From: Lophium mytilinum
Taxonomy: Eukaryota
Reading direction: 5' to 3'
NCBI GenBank assembly: GCA_010093605.1
Contig: MU004186.1
Coordinates: forward strand, 2,088,616-2,152,615
DNA: 64,000 nt
Below the pieces are notes generated by a model. That model ran no database searches. It saw only the letters and a list, made by a program, of their open reading frames with translations, and was not told the origin of the DNA. Position 1 is the first letter of the stretch; each line of letters opens with the position of its first letter. This document shows positions 13,931 through 25,400 of this stretch, in pieces. Position numbers and translations under genes: made by a program.

Positions 13931-15335
13931 ATATGTAAGTCCTGCATCATGAGTGTCGTGCTAGCGCACCCTTTGGTGTGGACCGGGGTTGACGTTTGGA
14001 TAGGTCGAGATCTATGCGAGGGTCAAGGGTGATATCGTTATCGGGCTATTGTGAGTAAGTTTGCCCTATATCCTGCACCTGCGCGTGCCATGAATGCAGC
14101 AGCTAACGGGCTTGATAGTACCACTTAGTGATTGCTTTCGGAACATGGTACTATGCAGGTGGGAGGACCGTGATCGACGGGGGAGTAATGTATTTTTATG
14201 GCTTCTTGGGGAGCATGTGCCAGGCTTGCATGGCGTTTCCTTCCTATTAAACGATCTTGGTGCTTTTTCCAAAACCGAGCTCTTGGAACAGTCCTCCGAA
14301 TATTACAGAACGAATGAAAGCATCCTTCCAAGAAGACTTCGCTCGCTATGTCCTTGTGTCTGACTGCCTTTTATATCGAGCATTCGCGTGATTGAATAAA
14401 GTATCACCAACCTATAGCCCTAGGTGTTGGATCCTAGCGGTACTAATTGAGTTAACAGAGTAGGATCTAGCCCGTAGAGCTATTAGGTGTGTTGACATTG
14501 TGGTTTTCTAATTCACAACAATATACCAGGGGACCTCAAACGGTGCCAAGCAAGTACACAGAACCCCAGAGATAGTGTGTATCTATAGCATCGAAAGTTA
14601 TGGACAATATAGTTACCTCGTCTTCATCAGACCGCACTCAAGGAAGGATAGGCCACCTCTTTTAAGCCTAAAGCGAACCTCACGGATTCGGAGCTTGCTC
14701 TTTTCTACCAGCATATCCGCCAACAGCGCTCGACCGGCCTCGATGATTGGGAACAGCACTACGCTGGCTGGCTACTTACGTGGGTGACCTTACCCGCCCT
14801 GGCTTGTTTCCAGTGTGCCCCGGTTATGAGAGAGGAGCCAGTTTCGGCCTAGAAGATGACACAAAGGTCCGCGGAATGGACGAGACCCTCCGATGGGAGG
14901 ATATCGAGTGGAATCCGGATGGATGGCGGTATCGCCGCCCAAATCACCTTTCGCTTCCTAAAGAACCACCGGGACCCATATACGCGAATACTGGTTGAAG
15001 GGAAGCGGGCTTTTACCCTGCTTCCAACCAAGGGATCACGGTTTGAGTTTGATCTAAGCGTTACACTCTTCGGAAATCGCCTTCAACCGCGGGCTTTTCC
15101 GAGAGTGTCGATGAAAGTCATCGCCGGGAATAGCTTCTAAATCGACAACAATCGATTTGTGTTCGAGGAAGCCTGACAGGCTGACTTCTAAAGGTGTGCG
15201 GTCATTTCATTCTGCACATGAAAGAAGTAAATTGTTGCGTGAATTCTACCCCTAATGTACCGATTTGGCGAGAATGCTTTTTAACTTGCAAATAAAGAAT
15301 AAAAAGAAGGCCAAAAGGTAAAAAGAAAGGTCATG

Positions 15336-15407
15336 TGATCGCGGCAGGGATCGAACCTGCAATCTCTTGATTCGTAGTCAAGCGCCTTGCCATTGGGCCA
15401 CGCGACC
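15336..15407 (-). tRNA. tRNA-Arg(ACG)
   Basis: Reverse complement GGTCGCGTGGCCCAATGGCAAGGCGCTTGACTACGAATCAAGAGATTGCAGGTTCGATCCCTGCCGCGATCA: full cloverleaf, A and B boxes, anticodon ACG, downstream T-runs. Confidence 0.97.
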
Positions 15408-16251
15408 TGTTTGATATGATATAGATGAGAAATATATAGTATATAATGGCTGGTTCTGGGATTGGGTAGGCTCGATCCCTGGCGCGTTCGCATGAAATTT
15501 CTTCCGACAACCAACACGCCCGCACCCCTGTTCCTCAGTAGCGCATCTAGAGCCTCCTAGCCTCTAATGTCCTTTACATCCCAAGAAGAATAACTATCTA
15601 TGAGTGCATTTCTTCGAGATGTAGCAACTAGCGCCTGTTAACCTCAATGCCTACGCTTCCAACTTTAGACCAGCTTTCAGCTAACGTCATATTAGTTCTC
15701 TTACAATTGTAGAACACAATGGCCCTAAACCGCCCGCAGCAAGCCTATTAGGCTCCGTTGACTAAGAGGTGACAGTCTACGAACAAGCTAGGTACATATT
15801 TCAAAGCTATCGAGACTGTAGGTATACACGTTCCTAGGTTACCTACACTTGCCTGGCACCGCTTGAGGGTCCCTGGTATGTTATTGCGAATCAGAAAACC
15901 ACAATCTCGACACGCCCGATAGCTCTACAGGCCACCTCAGATGGTGTCGGAATAGACTACCACTTCATGTTCAACGAAGCCTGCCTATTCTAGAGATCAG
16001 CTTGGTTGCAGTTTCAAATATCTTCGACTGCCATCTTAATAGAGATTTGCCCTTACCCATTGCAATGCCTCGTTATAGAAATCACTAGACCCGTTTACCG
16101 CTGTTTGAAGTGTCTTATAGTGTTTTCGGTATCCCAAATAGGAGAGAAGCTCGGCCTTTTGGAATACTAGTAAATTCACGAGGCTACTCCAGACAGTGTC
16201 AACATGGTGTATGCAGATCGGAAGCGTGTGCGGTTTGTAAGAGTACATGGG

Positions 16252-16320
16252 GTTCGCGTGGCCCAATGGCAAGGCGCTTGACTACGAATGAAGAGATTCA
16301 GCTTCGATCTTGCTGGACCT
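16252..16320 (+). pseudogene. Degenerate tRNA-Arg(ACG) copy
   Basis: TCGCGTGGCCCAATGGCAAGGCGCTTGACTACGAAT is identical to the 5' half of the tRNA at 15336-15407; the T-arm/B box and acceptor stem are mutated (GATTCAGCTTCGATCTTGCTGG). Confidence 0.85.
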
Positions 16321-17020
16321 GCCAAGCGGCATTACAGAGGTGTACACCAGGGGTATAGTTCAAGCAACGAGTTACTCCGTTTATGAAGATCAATTGAACT
16401 CTTAGCAGTTGATTCATTGAATTCATTCGTATTACTTTAGTGGCTCGTACAAACATCACGACTTTCAGCTTCAAGGTTGGCCCTCTTAACGTTGTTCACG
16501 CATATAATCGAGTCACTGAGTCCCGGCCTGTGCTAAATGCAGTTTTGTAATAATCTGTCTTAAGAGGCACCCCTTGTTGCATTTATTATTTTTCGGCATT
16601 GGTGGTGTACCCAGGTCGGACCTGTGGCCCATTGCTTTGGATATGTTTTGGCACATTGAAGCACTACACGCGATGTCAAGAGGGGGCAAACATGGAAGGG
16701 TGTGAATCAGACCATGGAGTTAGGGAAGCTTTGGAGGTGTAACAAGTGCTAACGGTAGCCAGTCGGTACGATTTAGGGTCGCTTTTGGTATACTATTGCG
16801 TGACGCCGTGAACTGACTTGATTTCGGTGTATATGATCGATGTCCAGCAATATCAAAGCATCCACACATTATCAGATTAAATTTGTAGAACAATATGATA
16901 GATGCTAATACCGCGCTCTAAATGTCTCTAATCTATCTATGTATAATCAAAACGCCGTTCCATGCCTACTCTAAATTTTCAACCCCATCTACTCGAGTCT
17001 ACTTCTAATTATGCGATCAC

Positions 17021-18178
17021 CTATATCTGCGCCTTCTCCACCCGCCTCCCTGTCTCATCAAACCAAATCTTCTTCCCACTCCTCAAGCTCTCCTGCAGCG
17101 CACACCCGATCGCAACCGCCTGCACCGCGCCCTTCAGCTTAAACGGCAGCTCGGTGTTCTCCAAGCATGCCGCCGTGAACTCGTTCGCCTCAACCACAAA
17201 CGCATGCTCGAAGCGTCCATAGTAGTTCGGCGGGATCTCGCGCCTAATACCCGTCGACTCGCTCAACTCAACCAGGTTGGTCTGGGGGTTCGCATTCACG
17301 GTGATCTTGCCCTCAGTACCGATGATCTCAGTCATGTCGTGCTGGCCGGCCGCCATCATGCGCGAGCTGTAGAAGTACGCGATCTTGCCGCCCCAGAACT
17401 CGACGACGCCGACGCCGTTGTCGACGTCGCCGTGGGTGCGGAGTTCCGGCTGCACGGCCGTGATGCCGACGGCGTAGCACGACTTGACCACCGAGTCTTG
17501 GCCGAAGAACCATAGCGCCAGATCGATGTCGTGGATGTTGCAGTCGACGAAGATGCCGCCGCTGAACTCGGCGTAGGCGACGAAGAAGCCCGAGGGGTCG
17601 AGCTTGTCGCAGGTCTGGGAGCGGAAGACGGAGGGGCGGCCGATGGTGGAGTCGTTGACGCGCGCGAAGGCGTCGCGGTAGGAGGGGTCGAAGCGGCGGG
17701 AGAAGCCGCAGAGGACTTTGAGGTGGGGTTTTGCGCGGGCGGCGTCGAGTACGGATTGGGACTGGTAACATGTTAGTGAGAGGTACGTTGGAAAGGTTTG
17801 ACCTGAGACTGGATGGTGACGGTATGGGGCGATGATGGGTGAAAAACTCACAATTTCAACACTTGTGCTTAGGGGCTTCTCGCATAGAACGTGCTTGTCC
17901 GCGTTTATGGCCTTGATGGCCTGCTCGGCGTGCACAGTGGTGACGGTCGCAACGACAACGGCCTCGAGGCCTGGGTGTTTGAGCATCTCATCGTAGTCGG
18001 TGTAGATCTTGGTGCCGAAGGGAACCAGGTTCGTCTGTGCCCAGGCGATTTCGCTCTCCTCGGGCGTGAAAGCGGCAACCAGCTCAGCCCGCGGAGTGCG
18101 GTTGAGGAAGTGCAGGGCGTGACGGGCACCCATGCGGCCTAGGCCGGAGACAGCGACTTGGAGCTTGCGAGGACCCAT
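17021..18178 (-). CDS. Gfo/Idh/MocA-family (myo/scyllo/chiro-)inositol dehydrogenase, 2 exons
   Basis: GLGRMG NAD-binding motif, HVLCEKP, CGFSRRFD and GGIFVDCNIHDID (D-x3-H catalytic motif); intron 17762-17851. Confidence 0.9.
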   Translation of the reverse strand: MGPRKLQVAVSGLGRMGARHALHFLNRTPRAELVAAFTPEESEIAWAQTNLVPFGTKIYTDYDEMLKHPGLEAVVVATVTTVHAEQAIKAINADKHVLCEKPLSTSVEIVSFSPIIAPYRHHPVSGQTFPTYLSLTCYQSQSVLDAARAKPHLKVLCGFSRRFDPSYRDAFARVNDSTIGRPSVFRSQTCDKLDPSGFFVAYAEFSGGIFVDCNIHDIDLALWFFGQDSVVKSCYAVGITAVQPELRTHGDVDNGVGVVEFWGGKIAYFYSSRMMAAGQHDMTEIIGTEGKITVNANPQTNLVELSESTGIRREIPPNYYGRFEHAFVVEANEFTAACLENTELPFKLKGAVQAVAIGCALQESLRSGKKIWFDETGRRVEKAQI

Positions 18179-19156
18179 GGTGGTAGATTTGGGGAGAATT
18201 GAGGGATTGAACGGGGGAATTGGAGAGGAATTGGGCAGAAGAGGTAGAAGAGATAGCTCAGAGGATCTGAGAAGGCGAGCGAGAAGGATATGGAGGAAGT
18301 GACGAAGCTATCTCTATCAGTCTCAACGAAAAGTGGGAGCGGTGAGGTGCACGTACAGTAGCCAGTCGAGCTCAATTTCAATCACCAGGGATCGTCAATG
18401 CTTGGATCGCGGGAGAAAAAGGGTGGATGTAGATGAAGATGGCGGTCCACAGCAGGCGGACGATTTCAAGACTTATAGTCTTCACGAGCAGCAGCTAGAC
18501 ACGGTACATGCACGACAAGAACACGTCTGGCTACATATTTTCTCCCCACCTGGTGGGAGAAGCTCGGTCCCTGCCTCCCCCAAACCTTCCGTAACAAAGC
18601 TCCCCCGGCCGTTGAGGTGTTCCATCCCCGATGTGGCCATGGCGTAGCCAGGAAGCAGGAATATTCGCCTAGATCCCACGCCATGTGGAGTTTTGGTGGA
18701 GTCCCTGGCGCGTATCGTGGCAAGGGGTAAACTCGGCATATGACCCCGCCGCGGGGTGAATGGCGGGGAGCCCGTGTCGGGCGCATAATCTATGTGGGTT
18801 CTGGTCAGCTGGAGGCTTCACGATGGGCAGAGTTGCTGTATTGAGTGGAGGTTTGGCTTAAGTTCGGTGCCTGGCACATGACTGCTAGAAGGAGCTTTGA
18901 CCATTCTCATAACTCCGAGCTTCGAGCTGTCCATTTCCGTCCATCGTGAAGCTTGGATGCTTCAGATTGCTTTTGGCATTTCCAAATCAGTCGCTTCGGG
19001 AAGAAGTTGTGACCACGCGTCGTCCTAGGTCAGGGGTTGCGCAATTTGCATTTGGTAGACAGCGCCAGCATTCACAAGATGGTCAGTGTAGTAGAACGAG
19101 CTCCAGAAGAGAGGTGATGTACAGCTAAGTTGTCTACAAAGCTAGGAAATCGAAAA

Positions 19157-20491
19157 CTATAGACGCGCCTTGTCCTCTTCATCAGTCTCAATGACCACCT
19201 TGATCACCAGCTTGCCGTCCACATCTTTTGTGTTGCCCGCCATGTCGAATGCCTGCACGGCAGACTCGAGGCCCTTGTACCTATGTGTGACCAACTTAGA
19301 GAAGTCGGGGTAGTCTGGTCCCTTCTTTGATACGACCTCAATGCCTGTGGGATACGTGTTGGCGTAGCGAAAGACGCCGACGAGGTCAACTTCGCGGAGT
19401 GCGGCAGCTGATATGGGGAGGGTTTGGATTGGCGTGCCCATGCCTATTAACAACACTTTACCGCCAGGGCGAGTAGCCTGTTATATTAGCTTTCGAATTG
19501 AAGGGTGGAGGAAGGTTCACTCACAAATATAGCTGCTTGGAGGCATGACGGCACTCCGGTGCACTCGAACACGGCATCAACCTCCACCGCAGGCTGACCG
19601 CTTGACTTCTTCACCTTGCCAACTTCAGCTGCCGTCTCTTTTGCTATGGCCAGATTCTCCTCGATAGTGCTTCCTCGCTTCATGGAGACTGTGTATCCCT
19701 TATGCGCAAACGAGTTCTTGACGGCAAAGTCCACGCGTCCGGAATCAATGTCAGCTATTATGACAGTGCTCGCGCCAGAAATCTTTGCCATTGCGGCCAC
19801 CAAAAGCCCCACGGCGCCTGCTCCGAAAACCAGAACTGTACTCCCAGTCGGAAGGTTTGCTCTTCTTGTCGCATGAATTGCTACACCCAGTGGTTCTAGA
19901 ATTGCTCCCAGGTCTAGTGAGACATCTTCCGGTAGTCTTTCTAATTAGCTTCCGAGGACTCAGATCATGGCAGAAAGACCTACCTGTGACACCACGCCGC
20001 AGGGTGGTTGATTCTATCTTGCAGTGTACCTTGCGCGTGAGGAAATGCTTTCGCAGAGCTCCTGAAGCTCATAGCTTTGCAAATGTTGTACCTCCCTTCT
20101 CCACACCTGTCACACTCTCCACAAGGCAACCCGACTTCTAGCGCTACCTTATCCCCAACTTTGAAGTCTTTGACTGAAGAACCCACACCAACTACGACAC
20201 CTGCGGATTCGTGGCCCAGGGCCATAGGCTCTCGCACCAAGATGTCGCCATTGCGGTAATGACGGTAGTAATGGAGGTCAGAGCCGCAAAGACCAGTGGC
20301 CCGAATTGCTACCTGGAGCTCATCTGCGTTTGGTGGAAACAGACTTCTACTTTCCTACATAATGTCAGAAAGCTTCACCACGAAATGAGCATGTGACATA
20401 CAATCCTCAAATCTTTCGCACCGTGTAGTACTGAGGCTCTGATCTGACGTGTATTCTGCTGTGTGTCAGGCGACTTGGTTGAGGAAGACAT
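19157..20491 (-). CDS. Zn-dependent medium-chain polyol/sugar-acid dehydrogenase (sorbitol dehydrogenase family; L-idonate 5-dehydrogenase/GluE-like), multi-exon
   Basis: GLCGSDLHYY, LGHESAG, structural Zn motif CGECDRCGEGRYNIC, FGAGAVG, ADID (NAD preference), FECTG, GVFRYAN; ends KARL. The exact substrate is an inference. Confidence 0.88.
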
Positions 20492-20995
20492 GATGGAGGA
20501 TGCTGAGTGTTAATTGAATTGTATGGTAGTAGTACTGGTAGTAGCAGAAAAGTTAGAAAAATTAGCTGTGAACAATCTTCAAACTTTTGAATAACGCGAC
20601 GCACGCGCCGAGGCCACCTGTATGACCGAGAAAGCCATGGATGGCCTCGACGCAAACCCGCCCCGAAGGATGCATGACGGGCTGCGGGGTTTCTTTCCTG
20701 TTGCGAGTGGCAATAGGAAGAATTCTGGTCACTGTCGGCGAATGAAGCGGGACATCAGACACCGACGATCCACTCACGATGCTCTCTCTCCCATTTGCCT
20801 CACCCGCAGCAGCACGGCCCGGCCAGCCCACGGATTAACTGACGCCGTGCCATCCGTTGAAGACCAGCCCAGGTACACGCGCCCCGATGGCTCTGACACC
20901 GCGACTAAAGACATCTCGTGCTCATGGCTTCTGGTCGTCTTCAGCAGATCCAACACCAGATTGACCCGAAGCGTCCCACTACTACCACCAACACC

Positions 20996-21845
20996 ATGAC
21001 TTCCGTACAGCATTTGTTCTCTCTAGAGGGCCAGACGGCTCTCGTCACAGGCGGCACCCGAGGGATAGGTCAAGCAATGACCCTCGCCCTCGCTGAAGCT
21101 GGCGCAGACATCCTCCTCGTCCAGGTACACATTCGCTCCAACAACCTCGAAAACCAACAATACTTACTAAAGCTCCCAGCGCGACACCTCCAACCAATCC
21201 ACCAAAGAAGCCATCGAAGCCCTCGGCCGCCGCGCAACTATATACGCCGCCGACCTCTCTTCTCCCGCCTCCGTCGCCGCCCTCCTCCCATCTATCCTCA
21301 AGAGCGAACCCAATACCCGCATCTCCATCCTCCTCAACTGCGGCGGCATTCAGAAGCGCCATCCCTCCCACCAATTCCCAACCGAAGACTGGGACGCCGT
21401 CATCCAAGTCAATCTCAACGCCGTCTTCACCCTTGCCCGCGATGTGGGCGCACATATGCTTGCCCAACCTGCAGACCTCCCCGGCGGCCGGAGGGGTAGT
21501 ATCATCAACATCGCCTCCCTCCTCTCCTTCCAAGGCGGGCTCACCGTTCCCGCCTATGCCGCTTCAAAAGGTGGTGTTGCACAACTCACAAAAGCGTTGA
21601 GCAATGAGTGGGCTGGGAAGGGCCTCACGGTCAACGGGATTGCACCAGGGTATATTGCGACGGAGATGAATACGGCGCTTATGGAAGACAAAGACCGCGC
21701 TACAAGCATATTGGCGAGGATTCCGGCGGGTAGGTGGGGAAGGCCGGAGGACTTTAAGGGTGCTGTGGTGTTTTTGGCGGCGGCGGCGAGTGCGTATGTG
21801 AGTGGGGAGATTTTGACGGTAGATGGGGGGTGGATGGGACGGTAG
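20996..21845 (+). CDS. SDR of the gluconate 5-dehydrogenase / KduD group (5-keto-D-gluconate reductase, GluF-like), 2 exons
   Basis: [54 protein letters not shown] (YxxxK), [19 protein letters not shown]; intron 21125-21179. Confidence 0.9.
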
Positions 21846-22090
21846 AGGGGGTCGGGTTGAAAAAGTATGATTTGGATAATGAATGAGTATTAGATCTCGA
21901 TAATGAAGTTTCAGACTACTGGGTAGGGCCTCATGGGGTGCTGTGGCCAATGTTCAGGACGTCTGAGAGAGACATATGATATGCGCAGTAAGAAAAGGGG
22001 ATCGACCTTATGGCTCCGGTTCGCTGCATATGACAGATAGCTACGTGACGGCCATACAGACCCTCTCATTGTTCCTCTCAGTTTTCCTAC

Positions 22091-22460
22091 TCGCGAATGA
22101 CATCGAGCGACCTCATGAGCAAGAACGTCGACCTTTGCTCGGATTCAATTTCCGCAGTCTTGATACCTCCAACTCTTTGGTTCCGCTTTGCTCGATCGCA
22201 TATCACCTCGAGGGTCTCCATGCTCGTCAAATGACCGAAAGAGTCGATTTGATTTCATAACCTCTCATATTTGCCTTTTTTCCTCCCACTTTTCTTGTTC
22301 GCATATGACCTCGAAGGTCTTCAGGACTTGTTAAGTGACCGCCAGAGTCGATGTCAGCTCTCGGAGTTTCCATGTTTGCTATCTTTTCCCTCATTTTTCC
22401 CATTCGCATATGACCTCGAGGCTCTCTAGGACTTGTCGAATGACCTTACAAAGAACATTT
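22091..22460. repeat. Degenerate tandem repeat, period about 105 bp, 4 copies
   Basis: Core TCGCATATGACCTCGAG-like starts at 22091, 22196, 22299 and 22404. Confidence 0.75.
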
Positions 22461-25400
22461 GAAGCAAACCTGATCTACATGTGACCAAGAGAGCCTTCTA
22501 TATGACAGCCTCAGATCTTTCCTTTGGCATCTATCTCATCAGCTCACTGCAAATCACACGCTTTCTTATACTCATTTTCTCCTTTTTATAACACTGCAGA
22601 GAACGCCAAGTATAATGAGCAAAACCCAATCTGTAAGGTTTCATGATTTCATACCATTCTTCATCTAGGGACGTACTAATTGCATATCAGGAACAAGCTG
22701 AACGTGCGTCTGTTTTGCTCCAGCGCGGGCTCTAGAACTGCACGTCCGGTCGTCCAAGCACGGTTGTCAAAAAATGGGCATTCACATCCACGATGGTTCC
22801 GCGTGGACAGTGAGACTTCCTTTCGCAGACCTTTACGAATTGGCGGTGGGCCTACGTGTTGTTCTGGGGTCCTTCCGAATGAACACTTGCTGCTCAGGGC
22901 CTGTATGTCTTCTCTTTGCGTTCGTCTGGAGCAATGTTCGAATCAAAACCTGCTAGACATCCATTACATGGCTCGTCCCTCTGTTTCTGGTCGGCGGACA
23001 GATCACTTCAACTCTCCTTGGACGAAACCTTCTGGGACGGTTACCCGCTCCTGACGCAAAACCTTGTTCGCTTAGGTAGGAATCTGTGGGACAACAAGCC
23101 TTTGCCCGGATATCTGGTGCCAGCTGGTGACCTGGTCAGGAATCAAACCGACCTACCAAACTCCGCATGGATCGTTCCCTTCTTCGGTCTGTAATCAAAG
23201 TTCTGCAAAACCACTCCACATCCCACTCCATGACCCATCCTCCGATTTTGTTTATGCGGTGGGAACTTGTTTAGTAAAACTTGGCAATCAGGAACCCAAT
23301 GGCTCGTCATTCTCCTGTCCGAAAACCCTTCAATTCAGAAACCTGCACTGCAAGCGCTTGACAAATTGGCATCCTGCTCTCTATCCAAATCGGATTGCCT
23401 CACAACAGGCTCCCCGATGACCTCATGGCTCGGCTTCGGTTCCCGTTCTTGTCTTGACTTTCGACTGGGTCGAAATGAGCAGTGGTAGAGGCACATGAAC
23501 CAATCTTTCGCGTCTCGACGCCTCGGTTCAATATACTCCAACACGCTCAAAACTGCAACCGCTGCACCTTCATGGTCTTCTCTCTTCTCTAAACTGCGTC
23601 ACACTGCAGACTTAAGCCCTTCTGGAGAGCGAGAAGCATGAACAGATATCCTGGCACTCCGTCGGCTTGAATCAGGTTATATTCGGTATAAACTCACCCG
23701 TAGCAAGTTGATGGTGGCCTGCGCTCGTTCGCGTTCCGCAGACAATAATCCGTGGCTCAGTTGAGATCTGCGAGTCAAACTCAACTTCCATGACTGTAAC
23801 GTTTCAGAGTCTTGTCGCTGTCTCTCTATGCACCTTTATATTAGAAACTGAAGCAGAAAGAACCGATGGATTGCTTCTTCCGAAATCAGGCTCGGTTGAT
23901 TTTAGGTTCAAAAGACAACAACGAACCGTACAATGGTCCCCTGTTCCGGTCCTGGCACTTCGCCGCCTTCGGTTTGGCTATACTCGCTCAAAACTATTGG
24001 TGGCCAGACCCGATGACTGTCCACCCTCGTCTGCGCTCTTCAAATAGAGAAAGCCTATCTCCTCATGGATCCGCCGATTGAGAGAAAAGTTCGTTGGAAG
24101 GAATGGTCCAGCACTCGGACGCTGCCCCTTGCCGTATCTGCTGCATCAAAACCACGGCAAATGATTTCACATGGCTCTTTTCCTCCCTTCAGGCTGGCTC
24201 GGTTGTATGATCGATAGACAACGATACGCACTATGGTCACCGTTTTGGTGCCTGTCTGGGTCTGGTCAGACGGCACCCGGTCAAACACGGGATCTTGAAA
24301 GCATTGATGGCAATTCGCGCTCTTCTGGCGTTATAAACACCGTCTTCCAAATGTACACTTGGGCCGACTGCCGACGGAATGTTGTCCTACCTCGGACGTG
24401 GATACCACTCGACGGATCAGGGTGGATACTATACCGGAGAGAATGTGCCGTTCATCGATCACCAGGAGTTGAGTGGGTTGTATGGACAAGACGTTCCGCC
24501 AAGCTCCATCGAGGAAGGCATGTAAGTGGTGCTCACTGACGATACACGTCGCTATCAAACTAGAGAGAGTTTGACTTCCCCTACAAGCAGCTGGTCTTTC
24601 CGTGGCGTAGGGGATAAGTAGCCGTTCTGTCGGTGACACTAACAGCTTGCCCCTTATACATCTGGAACAAGATAGTGGTTATACGTTGTCCAAGCAAGTT
24701 TTCCGGCGCGTCGGACCTGATCCCTTGACTCTATATCTAGCATCTGCCGAGAATCAAATACTGGAAGCAGAGCTCAATGGAGATTAAGTCAAAAGAGCGA
24801 GTACAGACAACCGATGGACCAGCGACTGAACCGAGCAGTATAAGCATCGCAAGCGTTTCACTTTGCCCTGTGAAGTGGTAGTACTACAAAATCGCTTCTC
24901 AGTGACGGCGTTCAAATCTGAGCACACCCTCTTGCCGTGGAGTGACATAAAAAATCTAGACCCGAAGAAGCTGATGGCTCGAGACCGGCATCTGGACCTC
25001 TATTTACCATCTGGCAGGCAGTCAAACTGGAAAGGGAAAAGAGACATGCAGTGGTGCATCAGTGCTCAGCTTTATTCACCTAAGAAGAACAGCTAGCCTA
25101 CTGAGCGACCCGTTATAACCGAACTGCGACTCCGAGAATTCGACAATCATCGATTCACCGCCACGAAGTCTATGGTTTCTCTAGTCTGAGTCTAGGTCGA
25201 CTATTTTACTTATAACTTCATTACTACTTCGATATACTGCTCTCTTTATATCAAATGGCTATACAAGCTGTCATCATGGTCATGCCCAGAGGTTCCTTTT
25301 CGCCGGATAGCGGATCGCAAAGTCCAAAATCTCGCTCAGTGTCCAGAGTTTAAACTATCTTTCAAACTTGCTGCAATCAACGCTCATGGTACTCGGATTG

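Noticed and set aside
14575..15140. Overlapping short ORFs with protein-like stretches
   Set aside because: Could be a gene relic, but I could not build a gene model or recognise a family.
17762..17851. Stop-free in-frame introns (also in the AKR and RFC1) suggesting regulated intron retention
   Set aside because: Short 3n introns without stops arise by chance, and retention would disrupt conserved folds; no supporting evidence.
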